A stretch of DNA of 64,000 nucleotides from Bacteroidales bacterium (GTDB lineage Bacteria; Bacteroidota; Bacteroidia; Bacteroidales; VadinHA17). Below are positions 49,679-60,470 of the stretch, piece by piece. The stretch covers positions 7,907 to 71,906 of the forward strand of contig JBEKDR010000006.1 of NCBI GenBank assembly GCA_050014255.1, given 5' to 3'. The notes beneath the pieces were generated by a model. It saw nothing but the letters and a program-made list of their open reading frames with translations, was not told the DNA's origin and did no database searches. The stretch's first letter is position 1, and the number at the start of each line of letters is the position of its first letter. A program made the translations under genes and the position numbers.

Positions 49679-50308
49679 TTATTCTACAGACGGCTTGTCC
49701 TTTTGGGTGCAAAAATAAGTGAGATCGTTAAATTCAGTTATGTCAAGAATTTTCAGGCCGGTATCCTCAAGCATAAACTGAACAGTTTTCTTTGACAAAG
49801 ATCTGTTTGCCTTTGAATCGATTATGCCGTATAACATATTTAAGAATGAGCTCCAGGCCCCATCATTTGACTCAGAAATATAATCTGTTTTCTCGATATG
49901 ATGCAAAGATTTTTTTGAAGTCAAAAAACCATTTTGTTTTTTATTGTCTGTGAAACTACCGATAAAATAACATTTGTAAGGCATTACACTGAAAATTGCC
50001 TGAAGAAAATCCTTGATATTTTTTATATTGTTTAGATGATTCAGATTTACAACTGTTTTGACATTTTTAAGATCTTCAACTTCGAAATAATAATGATGTG
50101 AGGATGTAAGGATCAACAGGTCAGGCTTTTTTGCCAGACCTAACCACTCAAGGTAACTATAGAAGTCTTCCTGACCTTCCTCAGCAAGTTCTGCATAAAT
50201 TGGGTTGATTTTGGTTTTCTTTACTATCGAACCAGTATTATCAGATGATTCTTTAACTTGCTGGCTATCAATAATATTCTTATTTTTTGATGAAGTCTTG
50301 CTTTTCAT
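49679..50308 (-). CDS. Hypothetical protein (methyltransferase-like fold fragment, next to the sugar transferase)
   Basis: 209-aa ATG ORF; VVNLNHLNNIK..DFL...YFIGSF; family call tentative. Confidence 0.55.
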   Translation of the reverse strand: MKSKTSSKNKNIIDSQQVKESSDNTGSIVKKTKINPIYAELAEEGQEDFYSYLEWLGLAKKPDLLILTSSHHYYFEVEDLKNVKTVVNLNHLNNIKNIKDFLQAIFSVMPYKCYFIGSFTDNKKQNGFLTSKKSLHHIEKTDYISESNDGAWSSFLNMLYGIIDSKANRSLSKKTVQFMLEDTGLKILDITEFNDLTYFCTQKDKPSVE

Positions 50309-50805
50309 AATTTTCTTTCCTGACTTGAAAATAAAAGTATGAAAGAAGTCGATTCAGATCAAGATGTCTGGACCAGGTTTTGATAAATGGAATGCCAAAA
50401 CAGTTTGATTTTCACCGTAAAAGAGATGATTATCCAAGATATTTGATTGTTTATGTATGAAAAGCCTGAATTGGTAAAAATCAATTAATGCTTAAATGTT
50501 ATTTTTATGGTAAATGCAGCTATTATTCAATTAGATTTTGAAATAATTATTTAGTACTCAGGCTTATACATTTTCAACAAAATTTTAAAAATGCACAAAT
50601 AAAAAACTAAGCAGTTTGACAAGTATATGAATAATTTTGACTAAACAACTTTTGGAGAAGGCTATTGTAATTGGTACCAGATTATAAGCGCTCAGATTCT
50701 GTAATTGAACTTAAAATACCTTTTATTTGTACTTATATATTGAAATTCTGTCTTATTCACATCTGAAAAGTATAATTTTGCACGATAAAAAAAGCGTACC
50801 AGACA

Positions 50806-51714
50806 ATGCCTATAAACATCCCGAATAATCTGCCGGCAATTACCATCCTTAAGAATGAAAATATCTTTATTATGGATGAGCAACGCGCATCGCATCAGGA
50901 TATACGTCCTTTGCGAATTGCCTTTTGTAATCTGATGCCACTCAAGATTGTAACTGAAACCGACTTTATAAGAATCCTTTCAAATACTCCGCTTCAGATA
51001 GAACTTGACTTTTTTTATATGGATAAACACGATTCAAAAAATACATCTAAAGAACACCTGAATATTTTTTATAAAACATTTGACCAGATTAAACACAAGC
51101 GTTTTGATGGTCTCATAATCACGGGAGCTCCTGTAGAGAATCTCGAATTTGAGCAAGTTGACTACTGGAATGATATTTCAAAGGTAATGGACTGGAGTAA
51201 AACTAACGTAACTAACACTCTGCATATATGCTGGGGGGCCCAGGCAGGGTTGTACCATCATTATGGGATTCAAAAATATCCTTTGGAAAAAAAATTATTC
51301 GGAGTTTTTGAACACCAGATCACAGATAATAAGATACCGTTATTCCGAGGTTTTGATGATACATTCCCTACGCCTCATTCGCGTTACACAGAAAACAGGA
51401 TCACAGATATTCAACGGCATCCCGATCTGACATTAGCAGCATGGTCTGAAAAAGCAGGTGTTCATGTGGTTATCTCAAAAAACAGCCGGCAGATCTTTGT
51501 TACCGGCCATTTTGAGTACAATTCAAATACGCTCAAAGATGAATATGAACGTGATCTGACAAAAGGATTAGCTATTGATCTTCCGGAAAACTACTATCCT
51601 GACGATAATCCAAAAGTAAAACCTCTGGTCAGGTGGCGCGCAAATGCCAATTTATTTTTTGTAAACTGGTTGAACTATTATGTTTATCAGGAAACTCCTT
51701 ATGACTGGATTTAA
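50806..51714 (+). CDS. metA: Homoserine O-acyltransferase (MetA family), probably acetyl-CoA specific
   Basis: QDIRPL, NLMP, TGAPVE (Glu at the specificity position), HICWGAQA and [13 protein letters not shown]. Confidence 0.95.
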   Translation: MPINIPNNLPAITILKNENIFIMDEQRASHQDIRPLRIAFCNLMPLKIVTETDFIRILSNTPLQIELDFFYMDKHDSKNTSKEHLNIFYKTFDQIKHKRFDGLIITGAPVENLEFEQVDYWNDISKVMDWSKTNVTNTLHICWGAQAGLYHHYGIQKYPLEKKLFGVFEHQITDNKIPLFRGFDDTFPTPHSRYTENRITDIQRHPDLTLAAWSEKAGVHVVISKNSRQIFVTGHFEYNSNTLKDEYERDLTKGLAIDLPENYYPDDNPKVKPLVRWRANANLFFVNWLNYYVYQETPYDWI

Positions 51715-51734
51715 TATGGTACCATTTCTTTAAA

Positions 51735-51775
51735 ACACAAAATCCCGCAGATTATTGATCTTGCAGGATTTGTGA
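51735..51775. terminator. Bidirectional terminator between convergent metA and the M16 peptidase
   Basis: CACAAAATCCCGCAGAT...ATCTTGCAGGATTTGTG imperfect stem. Confidence 0.55.
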
Positions 51776-51783
51776 TTCCAGGA

Positions 51784-54711
51784 TTAATATCCGAATAAAT
51801 CTTTTAATGGAATTTCTTTTACTTCACCCATCTCTTTTAATGATTTCATATCCAGGTCCTTCAGATTTCCAATAATACAGTACGTATACTTTTTATCCTT
51901 TACATACGTATTGAAGAAATCCTGGAGGTCTTTCATAGTTGCACCGGTAATATAATCGTAAACATCTTTTCTCTGGTCGTGGTTTATTCCAAGGTCCAGG
52001 TTGTACAGATACCTGAAAAAGAGATTCTCTCTGTACAGTCTTTGTGAAGATATCCTGTTCAATATTGCTTTCTTCGATGTAGTGAAAAAGTGATTACTCT
52101 GGGTAAAATTATTCAGGATGCGATCCATTGTACCAAGGGCGGCTTTCATTTTATCTGCCTGTGCCCCCACGAATCCAATAAGGTAAAAGGATTCATCGGG
52201 ATATGAAGGTGTCTGATACCAGGCACTCGCAGAATAAGCCATTCCCTGTGATTCCCTCACCTCCTGGAAAACTATTGAAGCTATGGATCCGTCATAATAT
52301 TGATTGAAAAGCGAAGAATGTACCTGTAATTCCGGTGAAAATGCAGCTCCTTTTGCCACCATAATAAAATTCACCTGCGACATGTCGTAATTTGCTACAA
52401 GCACCTGGTTCTTATCAGTGTTCAATTCAGGATAAACCTTTTTGGCCGGAATTTTCTCAACTTTGTCAGGAACCGGATGATTTTTCCTTATCACTGATTC
52501 CACTTCATCCAGGCTGTAAGGCCCGCAATAGAATATCTTATGCGGATAGTTCAGCATAGATTTTACAAGACCAAGCAATTGTCCCGGATTCTGTTTCCTG
52601 ATTTCATCATTTGAGAGGACATCTGTCTGAGACGACTTGCTGCCATACATTGCATAATTCATGAGGCCCGAATAGAGGATATTATCCTGGCTGAGCTTAG
52701 CATCATCCCTCTCCTTTATAATGCGTTCAGCATATTTTGCGTAGGCAGCAGTATCAGGCAAAGAATTGTTAATGATTTCTTCAAGCAGCTGAACCCCTTT
52801 CTCGAGATTCCGGTTCAATCCGGAAACATAGACATAAGATCGATTTTTACTGCTGAACACAAACGTATTCAAACCATACCGGAATAATTCCTGTTTCAAT
52901 TCTGTTGCAGTGTGTTTTGAAGTCCCGACATAAGGGAGGAAATTGACAGCCAGAGGCACTTTAATGTCGTTGTCTTTTCCTGAATTAATCACATAATAGG
53001 TACTGAACAACTCAGTATTGTTTGTCTGGACGGTATTCAATTCGATTCCCTCCTTCAGCTGTTTATGTTTTATAGCCGTATTAAAATCAACAAAGACCGG
53101 TGCTATGGAATCGGCAGGTAATTTCTTCCATTCAGTAAAAAATTTACTTTCATCATTCCTGTTGATAGTAACTGCAGTAAGAGGAGGTTTTTGGACCTTA
53201 ACAAGACCTTTGGCTTCTCCTTTCCTTTTGTAAAGAACAACATAGTTGGATTTAAATAATTGATTCGCATAATCAATCAGTTCCTTTTTGTTCACCTTCT
53301 CCAGCTTATCGCCGAATGAAAGTATATCTTCCCAATTATTATTATATATAAATGCCTCCAGAAATGAATAAGTTTCATACCTGTTCTGGAATTGTCTCAG
53401 GTTATTCAGGCGGTATTCATTGGCGATAGCCTCCATCATCCAATCGGGGAATTCTCCCTTTTTAAGCTTCTCTATTTCAGTTAATACCAGCTCTTTTGCC
53501 TCCTCAAGAGTTTGTTTTTCCTTAGGTGTAACATAGATGGTAATGTTGCCATACTGTGATTTCAGGTCTGAATATGCATATGCAGAAAGTATCTTTTGGT
53601 CCTGTATTAAATCAATATCAAACAAACCTGCCTGACCATTTGAAAGGATGTTTGCCAGCAGGTAAATATATTTTTTATCAGGACTTTTCTGTCCGTCAGT
53701 CCTGTAACCCATAAGCAAAAATTCCGCATCGGGGCCTGATATTTCTTTCTCCACCGGACTTGTTATCGGATCTTCCTTCACAACCGGTACTTCAGGAACG
53801 GGTTTGGAAGGAATCTGACCGAAGGTTTCATCGATCATCTTAATGGTCTTTTCCATATCAAGATCGCCGCTTAAGCAAATAGCCATATTGTTTGGTACAT
53901 ACCATGTGTCTTTAAATTTCATAATGTTAACCTGAGAAGGATTTTTCAAATGCTCAGGAAGCCCGATAACGTCCCTTCCCAGGGGATTTTTAGGAAACAA
54001 AACTCTTGCGAATTTCGATGATGCCCTCATCTGATCACGGTCCTGATACATATTAAATTCTTCATAAACTGTTTCCAGCTCGGTATGAAAAAGGCGAAGA
54101 GCGATGTCACCAAAGCGATTTTTCTCAAGATCAAGCCAGCGCCTTAGTTCATTTGAAGGAATATCATTAATATATGCAGTCATTTCGTTGGACGTAAAAG
54201 CGTTGGTTCCTGAAGCACCAATCTCTGAAAGCATCTTGCCATATTCGCTGGGGATTGCGTATTGGGCTGCTTCAATAGAGAACTTATCAATGCGTTTATA
54301 GGTATTTAACCGCGCTAAGCTATCTTTTTGTGTTCTGTATAATTCAAAAAGTGCTGAAATAGAGTCAAGTAATGGTTTCTCCTTTTCCCAGTCTCTAGTA
54401 CCATAGGAACTGGTTCCCTTGAACATCAGATGTTCAAAGTAATGAGCAAGCCCGGTGGTTGCCTCAGGATCATTGTTTGAACCTGCGCGTACACCAATCA
54501 TCGACATGATCCGGGGTTCATCCTTATTGACACCAAGATAAACTTTTAATCCGTTTTTAAGAGTATACAAACGCATCCCTGAAGGATCGTTGGTAACAGA
54601 CTGATAGGAATATCCATTCTTATCTTTATTCTCCGTCACTTTGTATTTATTGCCTGTACAGGCAACAATCACAAACAGACAAACCAGGCTGATGCATACT
54701 TGTTTTCTCAT
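51784..54711 (-). CDS. M16 family (insulinase) zinc peptidase lipoprotein
   Basis: Lipobox IVAC; HYFEH (HxxEH), NAFT, ELETVYEE and VRESQGMAYSA. Confidence 0.93.
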   Translation of the reverse strand: MRKQVCISLVCLFVIVACTGNKYKVTENKDKNGYSYQSVTNDPSGMRLYTLKNGLKVYLGVNKDEPRIMSMIGVRAGSNNDPEATTGLAHYFEHLMFKGTSSYGTRDWEKEKPLLDSISALFELYRTQKDSLARLNTYKRIDKFSIEAAQYAIPSEYGKMLSEIGASGTNAFTSNEMTAYINDIPSNELRRWLDLEKNRFGDIALRLFHTELETVYEEFNMYQDRDQMRASSKFARVLFPKNPLGRDVIGLPEHLKNPSQVNIMKFKDTWYVPNNMAICLSGDLDMEKTIKMIDETFGQIPSKPVPEVPVVKEDPITSPVEKEISGPDAEFLLMGYRTDGQKSPDKKYIYLLANILSNGQAGLFDIDLIQDQKILSAYAYSDLKSQYGNITIYVTPKEKQTLEEAKELVLTEIEKLKKGEFPDWMMEAIANEYRLNNLRQFQNRYETYSFLEAFIYNNNWEDILSFGDKLEKVNKKELIDYANQLFKSNYVVLYKRKGEAKGLVKVQKPPLTAVTINRNDESKFFTEWKKLPADSIAPVFVDFNTAIKHKQLKEGIELNTVQTNNTELFSTYYVINSGKDNDIKVPLAVNFLPYVGTSKHTATELKQELFRYGLNTFVFSSKNRSYVYVSGLNRNLEKGVQLLEEIINNSLPDTAAYAKYAERIIKERDDAKLSQDNILYSGLMNYAMYGSKSSQTDVLSNDEIRKQNPGQLLGLVKSMLNYPHKIFYCGPYSLDEVESVIRKNHPVPDKVEKIPAKKVYPELNTDKNQVLVANYDMSQVNFIMVAKGAAFSPELQVHSSLFNQYYDGSIASIVFQEVRESQGMAYSASAWYQTPSYPDESFYLIGFVGAQADKMKAALGTMDRILNNFTQSNHFFTTSKKAILNRISSQRLYRENLFFRYLYNLDLGINHDQRKDVYDYITGATMKDLQDFFNTYVKDKKYTYCIIGNLKDLDMKSLKEMGEVKEIPLKDLFGY

Positions 54712-55002
54712 AAGTTAAGTTTTAGTTTGAGAATGATTATTTTTGTTTAAACAACTAAATTAACGCCTCATTCAATCAATCATGGTTGGTTTACAACATC
54801 GACATAAGTGTGGAGAGCTGCCCTTTAACCAGATCTATATCAGCACAAAACAGAATGATTTTTTCAAACTCTGCCAGGAAAAAATATTAATGTTTTTTCA
54901 TCTCTGATACCAAAGTTACACCTTGTTTAACTTAAAAGCAATTTTTTTTTACAGGAAAGGGATGCAATAGTCTGACTAAAAAATTTCCACTGGTTGCACG
55001 TT

Positions 55003-55034
55003 ATGCCATTAAGCCGTTACGCCGTTGTACCATC
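55003..55034 (-). repeat. Octamer array (AACGGCGC family, reverse orientation)
   Basis: ATGCCATT AAGCCGTT ACGCCGTT GTACCATC. Confidence 0.55.
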
Positions 55035-55200
55035 TAATTATCTGATTCTACCATGCAGAAGTGCTTTAAAAAAATTGGTTGAAAAGTAAATAATAAAGCA
55101 AAACTCAGGCAACAAAAAATGATTGCGATTGTTTGTCTTCTACACATTACAGAAATTGAGGAATATTTACATTATTAACCATCATTTAAAAAGTTAAATT

Positions 55201-55470
55201 ATGATCTCGGGAAAAGTAGTTTTAGGAACACTGGCTGGAATCGCTGCCGGTGCATTGATCGGGGTCTTATTTGCTCCCGACAAAGGTTCTGAAAGCAGGA
55301 ATAAAATAGTTAAAAAAGGAGAAGACTATTTAGATTCCATAAAGGTAAAATTCAATTCGATTCTTGACAGCATGTCAGGAAAATTTAATGGAGGAAAAGC
55401 AGATATTTCTGATATTGGCGATTCAGGGAAAAAAGAAACCAAAAGAGAAATGCAACCTTCCGCCGGCTAA
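55201..55470 (+). CDS. YtxH domain protein
   Basis: LAGIAAGALIGVLFAPDKGSESR. Confidence 0.9.
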   Translation: MISGKVVLGTLAGIAAGALIGVLFAPDKGSESRNKIVKKGEDYLDSIKVKFNSILDSMSGKFNGGKADISDIGDSGKKETKREMQPSAG

Positions 55471-55533
55471 AGTATTAATCAAAGTATTATTAACAGAGAT
55501 TTTTTTGCATTCACACAATGATTCATTAAAACT

Positions 55534-55563
55534 AAGCCCGTCACTTTCGTGCCGGGCTTTTTC
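55534..55563 (+). terminator. Intrinsic terminator
   Basis: AAGCCCGTCAC-TTTC-GTGCCGGGCTT followed by a T-run, between convergent genes. Confidence 0.7.
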
Positions 55564-55628
55564 ATTCGTATAAACATTGATTTATAATCCGATTGACCAG
55601 TTTTGGAAGAGTTCACATAAGAAATTAA

Positions 55629-55811
55629 TCATAGTGTTATAATAATCTTAAGCAATTCCTGTTTTGATTTCCCAAGTTTATTACCCACTATTTCAATCAT
55701 TTCTTTTTCCTTGCCTTCGTTGAAATTTAAATCCTTATCAGTAAGATTTTTAAATTTCTTTTTCAGCTTTTCTTTTTTATCATTCCAATATCGCACTGTA
55801 TTAGTTCTCAT
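55629..55811 (-). CDS. CsbD family general stress protein
   Basis: WNDKKEKLKKKF..LTDKDL...EGK...KLGKSK. Confidence 0.8.
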   Translation of the reverse strand: MRTNTVRYWNDKKEKLKKKFKNLTDKDLNFNEGKEKEMIEIVGNKLGKSKQELLKIIITL

Positions 55812-55888
55812 TCCGGGTGTTTTTAATATTCCAATCTGTTTAAAATCAATATATAAAAGCGTATTTTTTACTTACATTGAAAAATAAG

Positions 55889-55904
55889 ACAAAGTACGTG
55901 CCAA
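55889..55904 (-). promoter_or_regulatory. Sigma-54-like promoter upstream of the CsbD gene
   Basis: TTGGCAC-GTACT-TTGT, one mismatch to TGGCAC-N5-TTGC. Confidence 0.4.
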
Positions 55905-56059
55905 AAATGAAAGTATAACAGGAGCAGACAATTTCAACTGGTTAATCATCTGAATTACTGGCACTTTGAATAATAATGCAATTAAAGATTGAAATTCTTT
56001 AAATGCATTATTCCCAATTTGAGAAAAATTAGTTGAAATTTTCTCATATATCTGGTAAA

Positions 56060-56084
56060 GCAGAACGTGTTGATCACGTTCTGC
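56060..56084 (-). terminator. Terminator hairpin downstream of the K+ channel gene
   Basis: GCAGAACGTG-TTGAT-CACGTTCTGC perfect stem. Confidence 0.6.
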
Positions 56085-56109
56085 CGGTCAGATAACATTT
56101 CACGGCTTT

Positions 56110-56964
56110 CTACTGTAAAAGGAGGTCAATAGATTGTTGATCAGTCAGTGTTAAACTTTCGACTGCATTAAAGTCTGTCCAATCAGGTTTTGTTCGTTTG
56201 ACTCCTTCCCAGGTGTAAACGTCTGAAAATTTTCCGCCATATAATAATTTATCCATCGTATAGTACTTGAAAACGTGAACCAGATTTCCAGAATTAGAAT
56301 CATATCCGATGACTGTCGTACGGATCAGAGCTGTATCAGGATTTGCCATTAGTGTCTTCAACTGTTGAAGTACATAATTGTTTTCATCACCATCCAGACG
56401 AATTTCTAAAAACCAAATAAGCTCTACTAAAGGAGTATTAATTTCTCTTTTGTATAAAGTACGCTTCACATTGTTCGTAATCTGAATTAACTCAATTGTT
56501 GCAGTGCAGTCAATTAAGTTTTTTCCTTTGTTGCCTACCCTTGAAGAAAGGAAAATACGTTGATCTCTGTAACGGATAAAAAAATTGTCTGTCAGTAGTA
56601 TATCATTAGGTCTTTGCAAAAATTTGTATGCAAGAAAACCTCCAAAAACGGGAATAAAAGTCAACTCAAAACATGATTCAATAAAAATAATTACTTGTCC
56701 GACTCCATCTTTAGGAACAATATCGCCGTATCCAATTGTTGTGAATGTAACAGCACTAAAATAAATATAGTCCAGAAAACTGACTGTTTTACCTCCTGCC
56801 GTCGACTTAAAATCTAATGAACCAAACAAAAAATATAGCAACCCGAACACTAATGTTATTGCAATATAGATTGCAACACCTATCAGAACAGCGTTCAGGA
56901 TTCGATGCGACCAAAAAGACGAGACAAGATTTTGAATTTTCTTACTAAGTAGTTTTAAGTCCAT
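56110..56964 (-). CDS. 2-TM potassium channel with KirBac-like cytoplasmic domain
   Basis: YFSAVTFTTIGYGD selectivity filter; KF.RP..ILL, RVGN and GGKFSDV resemble the Kir C-domain. Confidence 0.8.
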   Translation of the reverse strand: MDLKLLSKKIQNLVSSFWSHRILNAVLIGVAIYIAITLVFGLLYFLFGSLDFKSTAGGKTVSFLDYIYFSAVTFTTIGYGDIVPKDGVGQVIIFIESCFELTFIPVFGGFLAYKFLQRPNDILLTDNFFIRYRDQRIFLSSRVGNKGKNLIDCTATIELIQITNNVKRTLYKREINTPLVELIWFLEIRLDGDENNYVLQQLKTLMANPDTALIRTTVIGYDSNSGNLVHVFKYYTMDKLLYGGKFSDVYTWEGVKRTKPDWTDFNAVESLTLTDQQSIDLLLQ

Positions 56965-57046
56965 AATAACTTTATTAATCTTAAAGGCTGAAGTTTGCTA
57001 TGTCACTTCGAGGTATTATTTTAATAAAAAATTGGCAATAAACAAT

Positions 57047-57730
57047 TTAATCCCGCAAACAGCGGACAGAATAGCCATATTGTTTAACGCTTGGGCTACT
57101 GTAGATATCACTGAAGGAGTTGTACAGTCGCCTATAGTATGCACTGAAATCAGACTGTCCGGAAGAACTCCACCAACAACCATTGGAGCGAAAGTAGATG
57201 GCGTTTGAACCTGAAATATCGAATGCTCCGGAATAGTTGCGGTAGCCACCCGGAAGTGCAGTAAAGCCGCTTTCGTTGGTTGCTCCGGTATTAGGGCTTT
57301 CCCAATGTGTTACGCCTTTTTCTTTTAATTTGCCACCAGCAACTCTTTCGCCTCCTAAATAAGTTGTCAGTTTTGTCCATTCTGAATCGGCAGGTATATG
57401 CCAACCTTTGGGGCATAATTTATTTGTATTAACTGTGTACCAGTTATACAATGCTCCGTAAACATTTTTATTAGTCTTTGCATCGTTTTTATACCAACAG
57501 TAAGCTGGTGTGGTCAATGCTTCCCATGCCTTATCATCAATAACCAATGGTAAAGTCTTCCCATCATTATATTTAGTGGTTTTTAAATTCTCAGCCATCC
57601 AAACCTGTTCGCCAATAGTTACAGTCTTGTAAACATTGCCGTCAATATCTTTAACGGTCTGTGCATATAGTCCGGTTAACCCTGCGCAAAACAACGTTAC
57701 TGCGAATATTATTACATTTTTGTATCGCAT
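57047..57730 (-). CDS. Fibrobacter succinogenes major paralogous domain protein
   Basis: DIDGNVYKTVTIGEQVWMAENL, YGALYNW, CPKGWHIP and GYSVRCLRD. Confidence 0.93.
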   Translation of the reverse strand: MRYKNVIIFAVTLFCAGLTGLYAQTVKDIDGNVYKTVTIGEQVWMAENLKTTKYNDGKTLPLVIDDKAWEALTTPAYCWYKNDAKTNKNVYGALYNWYTVNTNKLCPKGWHIPADSEWTKLTTYLGGERVAGGKLKEKGVTHWESPNTGATNESGFTALPGGYRNYSGAFDISGSNAIYFRSNGCWWSSSGQSDFSAYYRRLYNSFSDIYSSPSVKQYGYSVRCLRD

Positions 57731-57847
57731 TTTGTTTTCCTTTTAGTTTTTGTCTTTATCTTCATAATTCACTGTTTTAAAGCTATCAAATTTAAATTAA
57801 CTGGCAATTTGTTAATATTTCTATAACTTTTTGTACTACTAACGAAA

Positions 57848-57879
57848 AAGACTTTGTAAATGTTTTATTACAAAGTCTT
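57848..57879 (-). terminator. Intrinsic terminator
   Basis: AAGACTTTGTAA-N8-TTACAAAGTCTT next to an A-run. Confidence 0.6.
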
Positions 57880-58075
57880 AATTTGTAAATCAATATGAGT
57901 GAGAAGATTGTCGTTTCATCTTCGCAGGCTCATTTTCAGCTGCGAGCTGGTTGCTTCAAAAATATTGACTCTTAAAAGAGATGGTTCTGAAGTATATTAT
58001 CTAAAAGATGACCTGAAAAGAATCTTACCTGGATAATTCAGAAGTGTCATTTCGCCTCCATTTCAAGCATAAACT

Positions 58076-59641
58076 TTATTTGTCAAGGCAACATTTTTTA
58101 TACTTTTTCCCACTTCCGCATGGACAAGGATCATTTCTACCTGTTTTTACTTCAACCCTTAATGGTTTTTCTTTGGAACCTGATAATGTATCTTCCCCGG
58201 TATATCCGTACCATGTCGTTGTAATATCATTGTAACGGTCAATAATATTTAAAAGATCCTTCTTAAAATAATTTTGCTCTGGTTTGAATATATCTTGTTC
58301 AACTTCATTAAAATTCCCACATATACTCTTACTGACATATCCAAGGTCAAATAATCTCTTTAATTCGGGCAGCAGCTCCGGAGATCTCAATTCCAGAGCA
58401 TCGCAAATCGCAAGACCAATGAAATCACTGTCAATGATTTCATCTTTTAAAGATGCTTCTGAAAGACGCCTGAAAACATCCCTAAACCATTCAATTACTT
58501 CTTCCCTCTTATCAGGCTGGTGAAGACCTATTTGCCCGACACAGCAGGAAACTTCACTTCGGGCATAAGTCCAGATATTCGGAGAAAGCACAAATTTTTT
58601 AAGATCTTCCATCTGATTGTCAGCGATATAATACAAAGGCTCCCACAGTTGCCCTGTCATAAAATCGCCATACCAGAATTCTATAAATTTCTCTCCCTGA
58701 CGAAATGTTTCAAGGAGATCTTCGAGAGACTTTTCAGCCCTCAATTCTCCCAATAAATATGCAGCATGTATAGGAAAACTCAACTTTTCTTCCTGCCATT
58801 CATCCTCACTATCGGTAATTTTTTTGAAGAATTCATACCGATTGATGGCATCCTGGAGAACGAGGTTCAGATCTGAAACAAGGCTGTCAAAAGGTAGTTT
58901 AAGAATTGCCTGCAATACTTCCTTATCAATTCTTAATCCATTTTCGTATAATAAGTTTATTTCCTTATGAATAAATTCAGGCTTCTTATCTGTTTGTTCC
59001 CTTGTTGGTTTAGAAAGTGTCGTTACTTCAATTCTGGTTTTTTGTTCTTCGTTCATTCTTTTTTCAGCAGCCTCAAAACGAGCTTTTACCAGATAGGGGA
59101 AAACAGCTTTTGTATCAGAATGATCCGGCGCAAGTTCCTTAAGCATTTCATATCTCGACTCAGCTGCTTCCAAGTTTCCAATAGCGGAAAAATACATTAT
59201 GGCAAATTTGTAAAAACCTGTCACCTCTGCAAGATGGAAACATTTTCTTTCAGGATATAAATCTTTTATTTCCATTAGTTTCCCAAGTACTTCCGGAATT
59301 TTATCATATTCTTCTTTCAGGTAATGCTCAGCTGCGAGATTAAGTTTCCCAAACAGATAATCAGGATGTTCCCGGATAAGCCAATGATTAACCTCCACTG
59401 CTTTCTTATTATCTCCGGCGTTTGAATAAGCAACCATCAGGTAATTTTTTAAATGCGGAACATGTGGGTATTTTTCAATTAAGCTTAGCAGACGGTTTAT
59501 AATCTTTTCTCCTCCCTTTGCCGCTCTATTATGCAATGACTCGAACTGCTTCTGAAGCTCAGGTGTAATTCCGAATTCAACATCCATAAAATTTTTGTCG
59601 GTGGTAATTTCGTAGCTAAATAATTTATATCTGTCGCTCAT
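58076..59641 (-). CDS. TPR + DUF1186 + SEC-C motif protein
   Basis: [15 protein letters not shown] and C-terminal [18 protein letters not shown]. Confidence 0.85.
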   Translation of the reverse strand: MSDRYKLFSYEITTDKNFMDVEFGITPELQKQFESLHNRAAKGGEKIINRLLSLIEKYPHVPHLKNYLMVAYSNAGDNKKAVEVNHWLIREHPDYLFGKLNLAAEHYLKEEYDKIPEVLGKLMEIKDLYPERKCFHLAEVTGFYKFAIMYFSAIGNLEAAESRYEMLKELAPDHSDTKAVFPYLVKARFEAAEKRMNEEQKTRIEVTTLSKPTREQTDKKPEFIHKEINLLYENGLRIDKEVLQAILKLPFDSLVSDLNLVLQDAINRYEFFKKITDSEDEWQEEKLSFPIHAAYLLGELRAEKSLEDLLETFRQGEKFIEFWYGDFMTGQLWEPLYYIADNQMEDLKKFVLSPNIWTYARSEVSCCVGQIGLHQPDKREEVIEWFRDVFRRLSEASLKDEIIDSDFIGLAICDALELRSPELLPELKRLFDLGYVSKSICGNFNEVEQDIFKPEQNYFKKDLLNIIDRYNDITTTWYGYTGEDTLSGSKEKPLRVEVKTGRNDPCPCGSGKKYKKCCLDK

Positions 59642-59844
59642 CTCCGATTTTAATATTACGGATGAAATTTATGATTAAAAAAGTTAGCAGCAAAATAGTC
59701 TAAGGCAAACTTATTTAAAATGATTCATCTTTAGGATAGTAAGACTTATATGTACAATCGATAAATCGGACAATTCCTGAAGTTTTGATATGAAAGACAG
59801 AAGTTAATGAGCGCTTCAGGTTAAAGAAGAATTTGTAAGACTAT

Positions 59845-60183
59845 TTATAATTTGCTCCAGGAAATAATAGTATCCCTTACCTCTTCCTGAAAATCTTTAA
59901 GGTCACCGACAGAAATTACTCCATCTGCAAGCTGGATTGCCATAACTTCTACCCAGCGAGATCCTCCCTTATCGTTGTATAACCAGGCTATGTGTTTGTC
60001 ATTTTTTTCTACGCATTTATACATCTCCATATAGGCTTCCTTATGGTTAGGAAATGTTCCGTTTTGCCAATTTAAAATAATTGTCTCAACTTCTCTGAGT
60101 CCTTTAAAATAATGGTTTTCCAATCCTTTGTCCATTACAGTACGGGCAATTTTCTTTTGGGATTTTGAAAGTTCGTAATACAT
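59845..60183 (-). CDS. Hypothetical protein
   Basis: 112-aa ATG ORF in the same orientation as its neighbours. Confidence 0.65.
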   Translation of the reverse strand: MYYELSKSQKKIARTVMDKGLENHYFKGLREVETIILNWQNGTFPNHKEAYMEMYKCVEKNDKHIAWLYNDKGGSRWVEVMAIQLADGVISVGDLKDFQEEVRDTIISWSKL

Positions 60184-60449
60184 ATAGAATATTTCTTAAG
60201 TAATCGCTAAAATATGAATATTTATGCTTAAAACCTATCAAGTTTGAATTGCTTTTTCAATAAAACCTCAGCTTCCTGCCATGTCATCAAAGTATTGTAT
60301 TGTCTTTAGACCTTAATCATAACAAATTACTGATCAAATCCCGGTCTTACAAATCGCCGTGCGAGTGGAAAAGTTGTTTCAGTTTGTTTACTTAAATCGG
60401 CCAGTCTGATATGGCTCAGAGCGAAGGGCACAGAGTAAGGTGAAGAAGG

Positions 60450-60470
60450 TGTGAGGCGTGAGGAGTGAGG
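60450..60470 (+). repeat. GTGAGG heptamer array at the helicase 3' end
   Basis: TGTGAGG CGTGAGG AGTGAGG abutting the stop codon. Confidence 0.55.

Noticed and set aside
50310-50805. SAM riboswitch upstream of metA
   Set aside because: The region is very AT-rich; TTATCCAAGA is not followed by the SAM-I core and no SAM-II motif is visible. An Infernal/Rfam scan would settle it.
60228-60410. Possible decayed ORF on the minus strand (...TLMTWQEAEVLLKKQF)
   Set aside because: Two internal stops and no family I can recognise.
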